Below are positions 1-10,249 of a stretch of 64,000 bases of DNA, piece by piece. The translations under genes were made by a program, and so were the position numbers. How positions within the stretch are numbered: position 1 is the stretch's first letter; each line of letters begins with the position of its first letter. The stretch comes from Auanema rhodensis (taxonomy: Eukaryota; Animalia; Nematoda): the NCBI GenBank assembly GCA_964057225.1, contig OZ059900.1, forward strand, positions 8,680,001 through 8,744,000, given 5' to 3'. The notes beneath the pieces are model-generated. The model was not told where the DNA came from. It searched no databases and saw only the letters and a program-made list of their open reading frames with translations.

Positions 1-124
1 TAGAAGAAAAAAATATGCTTAAGATCAAAAGTTTGACTGATTTTGCCAAAATGCCCTTCAAACCCCAAAAAACCAATAATTCTTGATATTTTCGGTCCTT
101 TTTGACCAAAGTGGTTAAAATTGG

Positions 125-136
125 ACATATATATGT
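125..136. repeat. 12-bp palindrome ACATATATATGT in most monomers (first copy shown)
   Basis: Self-complementary. It is broken in the ACATAAATATGT variant monomers. Confidence 0.85.
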
Positions 137-194
137 GAAAATAGTCGAAGTTTATGAATCCTGAATTTCAAATCCATATCTCAAAGGGTCTGAT

Positions 195-221
195 CAAAAC
201 ATACAGTTTTCACATGTTTTG
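195..221. repeat. Perfect 8-bp inverted repeat CAAAACAT-N11-ATGTTTTG in each monomer (first copy shown)
   Basis: CAAAACAT at 195-202 and its reverse complement ATGTTTTG at 214-221. Confidence 0.85.
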
Positions 222-225
222 TACC

Positions 226-285
226 CAAAATCGTTGAAGATATGGCGTTTTGAGCATAAAAAGGCCCATATTTCAATCAGTTTTG
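226..285. repeat. Imperfect ~60-bp inverted repeat within each monomer (first copy shown)
   Basis: Consensus CAAAA-tcg-TTGAA-t-ATATGG-cg-TTTT-gagcat-AAAA-aggc-CCATAT-TTCAA-tcag-TTTTG. The capitalised blocks are mutual reverse complements. Confidence 0.75.
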
Positions 286-3200
286 ATATTCGTGCAAAAT
301 ACACCTATATGAACATTCTACGACAGTATTCCATACATTTAGTCGTTTTAGAAGAAAAAAATATGCTTAAGATCAAAAGTTTGACTGATTTTGCCAAAAT
401 GCCCTTCAATCCCCAAAAAACCAATAATTCTTGATATTTTCGGTCCTTTTTGACCAAAGTGGTTAAAATTGGACATATATATGTGAAAATAGTCAAAGTT
501 TATGAATCCTGAATTTCAAATCCATATCTCAAAGGGTCTGATCAAAACATAGAGTTTTCACATGTTTTGTACCCAAAATCGTTGAATATATGGCGTTTTG
601 AGCATAAAAAGGCCCATATTTCAATCAGTTTCGATATTCGTGCAAAATACACCTATATCAACATTCTATGACAGTATTTCATACATTTAGTCGTTTTAGA
701 AGAAAAAAATATGCTTAAGATCAAAAGTTTGACTGATTTTGCCAAAATGCCCTTCAATCCCCAAAAAACCAATAATTCTTGATATTTTCGGTCCTTTTCG
801 ACCAAAGTGGTTAAAATTGGACATATATATGTGAAATTAGTCAAAGTTTATGAAGCCTGAATTTCAAATCCATATCTCAAAGGGTCTGATCAAAACATAC
901 AGTTTTCACATGTTTTGTACCCATAATCGTTTAATATATGGCGTTTTGAACATAAAAAGGCCCATATTTCAATCAGTTTTGATATTCGTGCAAAATACAC
1001 CTATATGAACATTCTATGACAGTATTTCATACATTTAGTCGTTTTAGAAGAAAAAAATATGCTTAAGATCAAAAGTTTGACTGATTTTGCCAAAATGTCC
1101 TTCAAACCCCAAAAAACCAATAATTCTTGATATTTTCGGTCCTTTTTGACCAAAGTGGTTAAAATTGAACATATATATGTGAAAATAGTCAAAGTTTATG
1201 AATCCTGAATTTCAAATCCATATCTCAAAGGGTCTGATCAAAACATACAGTTTTCACATGTTTTGTACCCAAAATCGTTGAATATATGGCGTTTTGAGCA
1301 TAAAAAGGCCCATATTTCAATCAGTTTTGATATTCGTGCAAAATACACCTATATCAACATTCTATGACAGTATTCCATACATTTAGTCGTTTTAGAAGAA
1401 AAAAATATGCTTAAGATCAAAAGTTTGACTGATTTTGCCAAAATGCCCTCCAAACCCCAAAAAACCAATAATTCTTGATATTTTCGGTCCTTTTTGACCA
1501 AAGTGGTTAAAATTGGACATATATATGTAAAAATAGTCGAAGTTCATGAATCCTGAATTTCAAATCCATATCTCAAAGGGTCTGATCAAAACATACAGTT
1601 TTCACATGTTTTGTACCCAAAATCGTTGAATATATGGCGTTTTGAGCATAAAAAGGCCCATATTTCAATCAGTTTTGATATTCGTGCAAAATACACCTAT
1701 ATGAACATTCTATGACAGTATTTCATACATTTAGTCGTTTTAGAAGAAAAAAATATGCTTAAGATCAAAAGTTTGACTGACTTAGCCAAAATGCCCTTCA
1801 AACCCCAAAAAACCAATAATTCTTGATATTTTCGGTCCTTTTTGACCAAAGTGGTTAAAATTGAACATATATATGTAAAAATAGTAAAAGTTTATGAATC
1901 CTGAATTTAAAATCCATATCTCAAAGGGTCTGATCAAAACATACAGTTTTCACATGTTTTGTACCCAAAATCGTTGAATATATGGCGTTTTGAGCATAAA
2001 AAGGCCCATATTTCAATCAGTTTTGATATTCATGCAAAATACACGTATATGAACATTCTATGACAGTATTTCATACATTTAGTCGTTTTAGAAGAAAAAA
2101 ATATGCTTAAGATCAAAAGTTTGACTGATTTTGCCAAAATGCCCTTCAATCCCCAAAAAACCAATAATTCTTGATATTTTCGGTCCTTTTTGACCAAAGT
2201 GGTCAAAATTGGACATAAATATGTAAAAATAGTCAAAGTTTATGAATCCTGAATTTCAAATCCATATCTCAAAGGGTCTGATCAAAACATACAGTTTTAA
2301 CATGTTTTGTACCCAAAATCGTTGAATATATGGCGTTTTGAGCATAAAAAGGCCCATATTTCAATCAGTTTCGATATTCGTGCAAAATACACCTATATCA
2401 ACATTCTATGAAAGTATTTCATACATTTTGTCGTTTTAGAAGAAAAAAATATGCTTAAGATCAAAAGTTTGACTGATTTTGCCAAAATGCCCTTCAATCC
2501 CCAAAAAACCAATAATTCTTGATATTTTCGGTCCTTTTTGACCAAAGTGGTTAAAATTGGACATAAATATGTAAAAATAGTCAAAGTTCATGAATCCTGA
2601 ATTTCAAATCCATATCTCAAAGGGTCTGATCAAAACATACAGTTTTCACATGTTTTGTACCCAAAATCGTTGAATATATGGCGTTTTGAGCATAAAAAGG
2701 CCCATATTTCAATCAGTTTCGATATTCGTGCAAAATACACCTATATCAACATTCTATGACAGTATTCCATACATTTAGTCGTTTTAGAAGAAAAAAATAT
2801 GCTTAAGATCAAAAGTTTGACTGATTTTGCCAAAATGCCCTTCAATCCCCAAAAAACCAATAATTCTTGATATTTTCGGTCCTTTTTGACCAAAGTGGTT
2901 AAAATTGGACATATATATGTAAAAATAGTCGAAGTTCATGAATCCTGAATTTCAATTCCATATCTCAAAGGGTCTGATCAAAACATACAGTTTTCACATG
3001 TTTTGTACCCAAAATCGTTGAATATATGGCGTTTTGAGCATAAAAAGGCCCATATTTCAATCAGTTTTGATATTCGTGCAAAATACACCTATATGAACAT
3101 TCTATGACAGTATTTCATACATTTAGTCGTTTTAGAAGAAAAAAATATGCTTAAGATCAAAAGTTTGACTGATTTTGCCAAAATGCCCTTCAATCCCCAA

Positions 3201-6200
3201 AAAACCAATAATTCTTGATATTTTCGGTCCTTTTTGACCAAAGTGGTTAAAATTGGACATATATATGTGAAAATAGTCAAAGTTTATGAATCCTGAATTT
3301 CAAATCCATATCTCAAAGGGTCTGATCAAAACATAGAGTTTTCACATGTTTTGTACCCAAAATCGTTGAATATATGGCGTTTTGAGCATAAAAAGGCCCA
3401 TATTTCAATCAGTTTCGATATTCGTGCAAAATACACCTATATCAACATTCTATGACAGTATTTCATACATTTAGTCGTTTTAGAAGAAAAAAATATGCTT
3501 AAGATCAAAAGTTTGACTGATTTTGCCAAAATGCCCTTCAATCCCCAAAAAACCAATAATTCTTGATATTTTCGGTCCTTTTCGACCAAAGTGGTTAAAA
3601 TTGGACATATATATGTGAAATTAGTCAAAGTTTATGAATCCTGAATTTCAAATCCATATCTCAAAGGGTCTGATCAAAACATACAGTTTTCACATGTTTT
3701 GTACCCATAATCGTTTAATATATGGCGTTTTGAACATAAAAAGGCCCATATTTCAATCAGTTTTGATATTCGTGCAAAATACACCTATATGAACATTCTA
3801 TGACAGTATTTCATACATTTAGTCGTTTTAGAAGAAAAAAATATGCTTAAGATCAAAAGTTTGACTGATTTTGCCAAAATGTCCTTCAAACCCCAAAAAA
3901 CCAATAATTCTTGATATTTTCGGTCCTTTTTGACCAAAGTGGTTAAAATTGAACATATATATGTGAAAATAGTCAAAGTTTATGAATCCTGAATTTCAAA
4001 TCCATATCTCAAAGGGTCTGATCAAAACATACAGTTTTCACATGTTTTGTACCCAAAATCGTTGAATATATGGCGTTTTGAGCATAAAAAGGCCCATATT
4101 TCAATCAGTTTTGATATTCGTGCAAAATACACCTATATCAACATTCTATGACAGTATTCCATACATTTAGTCGTTTTAGAAGAAAAAAATATGCTTAAGA
4201 TCAAAAGTTTGACTGATTTTGCCAAAATGCCCTCCAAACCCCAAAAAACCAATAATTCTTGATATTTTCGGTCCTTTTTGACCAAAGTGGTTAAAATTGG
4301 ACATATATATGTAAAAATAGTCGAAGTTCATGAATCCTGAATTTCAAATCCATATCTCAAAGGGTCTGATCAAAACATACAGTTTTCACATGTTTTGTAC
4401 CCAAAATCGTTGAATATATGGCGTTTTGAGCATAAAAAGGCCCATATTTCAATCAGTTTTGATATTCGTGCAAAATACACCTATATGAACATTCTATGAC
4501 AGTATTTCATACATTTAGTCGTTTTAGAAGAAAAAAATATGCTTAAGATCAAAAGTTTGACTGACTTAGCCAAAATGCCCTTCAAACCCCAAAAAACCAA
4601 TAATTCTTGATATTTTCGGTCCTTTTTGACCAAAGTGGTTAAAATTGAACATATATATGTAAAAATAGTCAAAGTTTATGAATCCTGAATTTAAAATCCA
4701 TATCTCAAAGGGTCTGATCAAAACATACAGTTTTCACATGTTTTGTACCCAAAATCGTTGAATATATGGCGTTTTGAGCATAAAAAGGCCCATATTTCAA
4801 TCAGTTTTGATATTCGTGCAAAATACACGTATATGAACATTCTATGACAGTATTTCATACATTTAGTCGTTTTAGAAGAAAAAAATATGCTTAAGATCAA
4901 AAGTTTGACTGATTTTGCCAAAATGCCCTTCAATCCCCAAAAAACCAATAATTCTTGATATTTTCGGTCCTTTTTGACCAAAGTGGTCAAAATTGGACAT
5001 AAATATGTAAAAATAGTCAAAGTTTATGAATCCTGAATTTCAAATCCATATCTCAAAGGGTCTGATCAAAACATACAGTTTTAACATGTTTTGTACCCAA
5101 AATCGTTGAATATATGGCGTTTTGAGCATAAAAAGGCCCATATTTCAATCAGTTTCGATATTCGTGCAAAATACACCTATATCAACATTCTATGACAGTA
5201 TTCCATACATTTAGTCGTTTTAGAAGAAAAAAATATGCTTAAGATCAAAAGTTTGACTGATTTAGCCAAAATGCCCTTCAATCCCCAAAAAACCAATAAT
5301 TCTTGATATTTCCGGTCCTTTTTGACCAAAGTGGTTAGAATTGGACATATATATGTAGAAATAGTCGAAGTTTATGAATCCTGAATTTCAAATCCATATC
5401 TCAAAGGGTCTGATCAAAACATACAGTTTTCACATGTTTTGTACCCAAAATCGTTGAATATATGGCGTTTTGAGCATAAAAAGGCCCATATTTCAATCAG
5501 TTTCGATATTCGTGCAAAATACACCTATATCAACATTCTATGACAGTATTCCATACATTTAGTCGTTTTAGAAGAAAAAAATATGCTTAAGATCAAAAGT
5601 TTGACTGATTTAGCCAAAATGCCCTTCAATCCCCAAAAAACCAATAATTCTTGATATTTTCGGTCCTTTTTGACCAAAGTGGTTAAAATTGGACATATAT
5701 ATGTGAAAATAGTCAAAGTTTATGAATCCTGAATTTCAAATCCATATCTCAAAGGGTCTGATCAAAACATAGAGTTTTCACATGTTTTGTACCCAAAATC
5801 GTTAAATATATGGCGTTTTGAGCATAAAAAGGCCCATATTTCAATCAGTTTCGATATTCGTGCAAAATACACCTATATCAACATTCTATGACAGTATTTC
5901 ATACATTTAGTCGTTTTAGAAGAAAAAAATATGCTTAAGATCAAAAGTTTGACTGATTTTGCCAAAATGCCCTTCAATCCCCAAAAAACCAATAATTCTT
6001 GATATTTTCGGTCCTTTTCGACCAAAGTGGTTAAAATTGGACATATATATGTGAAATTAGTCAAAGTTTATGAATCCTGAATTTCAAATCCATATCTCAA
6101 AGGGTCTGATCAAAACATACAGTTTTCACATGTTTTGTACCCATAATCGTTTAATATATGGCGTTTTGAACATAAAAAGGCCCATATTTCAATCAGTTTT

Positions 6201-9200
6201 GATATTCGTGCAAAATACACCTATATGAACATTCTATGACAGTATTTCATACATTTAGTCGTTTTAGAAGAAAAAAATATGCTTAAGATCAAAAGTTTGA
6301 CTGATTTAGCCAAAATGCCCTTCAATCCCCAAAAAACCAATAATTCTTGATATTTCCGGTCCTTTTTGACCAAAGTGGTTAGAATTGGACATATATATGT
6401 AGAAATAGTCGAAGTTTATGAATCCTGAATTTCAAATCCATATCTCAAAGGGTCTGATCAAAACATACAGTTTTCACATGTTTTGTACCCAAAATCGTTG
6501 AATATATGGCGTTTTGAGCATAAAAAGGCCCATATTTCAATCAGTTTCGATATTCGTGCAAAATACACCTATATCAACATTCTATGACAGTATTTCATAC
6601 ATTTAGTCGTTTTAGAAGAAAAAAATATGCTTAAGATCAAAAGTTTGACTGATTTTGCCAAAATGCCCTTCAAACCCCAAAAAACCAATAATTCTTGATA
6701 TTTTCGGTCCTTTTTGACCAAAGTGGTTAAAATTGGACATATATATGTGAAAATAGTCGAAGTTTATGAATCCTGAATTTCAAATCCATATCTCAAAGGG
6801 TCTGATCAAAACATACAGTTTTCACATGTTTTGTACCCAAAATCGTTGAATATATGGCGTTTTGAGCATAAAAAGGCCCATATTTCAATCAGTTTTGATA
6901 TTCGTGCAAAATACACCTATATGAACATTCTATGACAGTATTCCATACATTTAGTCGTTTTAGAAGAAAAAAATATGCTTAAGATCAAAAGTTTGACTGA
7001 TTTTGCCAAAATGCCCTTCAATCCCCAAAAAACCAATAATTCTTGATATTTTCGGTCCTTTTTGACCAAAGTGGTTAAAATTGGACATATATATGTGAAA
7101 ATAGTCAAAGTTTATGAATCCTGAATTTCAAATCCATATCTCAAAGGGTCTGATCAAAACATAGAGTTTTCACATGTTTTGTACCCAAAATCGTTGAATA
7201 TATGGCGTTTTGAGCATAAAAAGGCCCATATTTCAATCAGTTTCGATATTCGTGCAAAATACACCTATATCAACATTCTATGACAGTATTTCATACATTT
7301 AGTCGTTTTAGAAGAAAAAAATATGCTTAAGATCAAAAGTTTGACTGATTTTGCCAAAATGCCCTTCAATCCCCAAAAAACCAATAATTCTTGATATTTT
7401 CGGTCCTTTTCGACCAAAGTGGTTAAAATTGGACATATATATGTGAAATTAGTCAAAGTTTATGAAGCCTGAATTTCAAATCCATATCTCAAAGGGTCTG
7501 ATCAAAACATACAGTTTTCACATGTTTTGTACCCATAATCGTTTAATATATGGCGTTTTGAACATAAAAAGGCCCATATTTCAATCAGTTTTGATATTCG
7601 TGCAAAATACACCTATATGAACATTCTATGACAGTATTTCATACTTTTAGTCGTTTTAGAAGAAAAAAATATGCTTAAGATCAAAAGTTTGACTGATTTT
7701 GCCAAAATGTCCTTCAAACCCCAAAAAACCAATAATTCTTGATATTTTCGGTCCTTTTTGACCAAAGTGGTTAAAATTGAACATATATATGTGAAAATAG
7801 TCAAAGTTTATGAATCCTGAATTTCAAATCCATATCTCAAAGGGTCTGATCAAAACATACAGTTTTCACATGTTTTGTACCCAAAATCGTTGAATATATG
7901 GCGTTTTGAGCATAAAAAGGCCCATATTTCAATCAGTTTTGATATTCGTGCAAAATACACCTATATCAACATTCTATGACAGTATTCCATACATTTAGTC
8001 GTTTTAGAAGAAAAAAATATGCTTAAGATCAAAAGTTTGACTGATTTTGCCAAAATGCCCTCCAAACCCCAAAAAACCAATAATTCTTGATATTTTCGGT
8101 CCTTTTTGACCAAAGTGGTTAAAATTGGACATATATATGTAAAAATAGTCGAAGTTCATGAATCCTGAATTTCAAATCCATATCTCAAAGGGTCTGATCA
8201 AAACATACAGTTTTCACATGTTTTGTACCCAAAATCGTTGAATATATGGCGTTTTGAGCATAAAAAGGCCCATATTTCAATCAGTTTTGATATTCGTGCA
8301 AAATACACCTATATGAACATTCTATGACAGTATTTCATACATTTAGTCGTTTTAGAAGAAAAAAATATGCTTAAGATCAAAAGTTTGACTGACTTAGCCA
8401 AAATGCCCTTCAAACCCCAAAAAACCAATAATTCTTGATATTTTCGGTCCTTTTTGACCAAAGTGGTTAAAATTGAACATATATATGTAAAAATAGTAAA
8501 AGTTTATGAATCCTGAATTTAAAATCCATATCTCAAAGGGTCTGATCAAAACATACAGTTTTCACATGTTTTGTACCCAAAATCGTTGAATATATGGCGT
8601 TTTGAGCATAAAAAGGCCCATATTTCAATCAGTTTTGATATTCATGCAAAATACACGTATATGAACATTCTATGACAGTATTTCATACATTTAGTCGTTT
8701 TAGAAGAAAAAAATATGCTTAAGATCAAAAGTTTGACTGATTTTGCCAAAATGCCCTTCAAACCCCAAAAAACCAATAATTCTTGATATTTTCGGTCCTT
8801 TTTGACCAAAGTGGTTAAAATTGGACATATATATGTGAAAATAGTCGAAGTTTATGAATCCTGAATTTCAAATCCATATCTCAAAGGGTCTGATCAAAAC
8901 ATACAGTTTTCACATGTTTTGTACCCAAAATCGTTGAAGATATGGCGTTTTGAGCATAAAAAGGCCCATATTTCAATCAGTTTTGATATTCGTGCAAAAT
9001 ACACCTATATGAACATTCTACGACAGTATTCCATACATTTAGTCGTTTTAGAAGAAAAAAATATGCTTAAGATCAAAAGTTTGACTGATTTTGCCAAAAT
9101 GCCCTTCAATCCCCAAAAAACCAATAATTCTTGATATTTTCGGTCCTTTTTGACCAAAGTGGTTAAAATTGGACATATATATGTGAAAATAGTCAAAGTT

Positions 9201-10249
9201 TATGAATCCTGAATTTCAAATCCATATCTCAAAGGGTCTGATCAAAACATAGAGTTTTCACATGTTTTGTACCCAAAATCGTTGAATATATGGCGTTTTG
9301 AGCATAAAAAGGCCCATATTTCAATCAGTTTCGATATTCGTGCAAAATACACCTATATCAACATTCTATGACAGTATTTCATACATTTAGTCGTTTTAGA
9401 AGAAAAAAATATGCTTAAGATCAAAAGTTTGACTGATTTTGCCAAAATGCCCTTCAATCCCCAAAAAACCAATAATTCTTGATATTTTCGGTCCTTTTCG
9501 ACCAAAGTGGTTAAAATTGGACATATATATGTGAAATTAGTCAAAGTTTATGAAGCCTGAATTTCAAATCCATATCTCAAAGGGTCTGATCAAAACATAC
9601 AGTTTTCACATGTTTTGTACCCATAATCGTTTAATATATGGCGTTTTGAACATAAAAAGGCCCATATTTCAATCAGTTTTGATATTCGTGCAAAATACAC
9701 CTATATGAACATTCTATGACAGTATTTCATACATTTAGTCGTTTTAGAAGAAAAAAATATGCTTAAGATCAAAAGTTTGACTGATTTTGCCAAAATGTCC
9801 TTCAAACCCCAAAAAACCAATAATTCTTGATATTTTCGGTCCTTTTTGACCAAAGTGGTTAAAATTGAACATATATATGTGAAAATAGTCAAAGTTTATG
9901 AATCCTGAATTTCAAATCCATATCTCAAAGGGTCTGATCAAAACATACAGTTTTCACATGTTTTGTACCCAAAATCGTTGAATATATGGCGTTTTGAGCA
10001 TAAAAAGGCCCATATTTCAATCAGTTTTGATATTCGTGCAAAATACACCTATATCAACATTCTATGACAGTATTCCATACATTTAGTCGTTTTAGAAGAA
10101 AAAAATATGCTTAAGATCAAAAGTTTGACTGATTTTGCCAAAATGCCCTCCAAACCCCAAAAAACCAATAATTCTTGATATTTTCGGTCCTTTTTGACCA
10201 AAGTGGTTAAAATTGGACATATATATGTAAAAATAGTCGAAGTTCATGA

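Larger units (their letters stand above)
1..348 (+). repeat. Reference monomer (arbitrary phase; used for monomer coordinates below)
   Basis: Position 349 restarts the sequence at position 1. About 32% GC, with 18 runs of four or more A or T. This copy carries two rare variants (G239, C321). Confidence 0.98.

Noticed and set aside
229-247. CENP-B box-like motif (TCGTTGAA...)
   Set aside because: Only TCGTTG resembles the box. The required NTTCGNNNNANNCGGGN pattern is not met (no TTCG here and no CGGG).
1-348. 5S rDNA, tRNA, snRNA or spliced-leader tandem gene unit
   Set aside because: No recognisable 5S, tRNA or snRNA sequence or Pol III A/B/C boxes were found, and no GC-richer conserved gene core stands out against a spacer. 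An Rfam/Infernal search would be the formal test.
1-348. Assignment to a known ~350-360-bp satellite (e.g. Drosophila 359-bp 1.688 family)
   Set aside because: Length and AT content are similar, but I see no sequence match I can support, so species and family are left unassigned.
219-434. 71-aa plus-strand ORF (also 8919-9134)
   Set aside because: It exists only because the private T-to-C change at 321 removes a TGA stop, and the second copy is part of the 8700-bp duplication.
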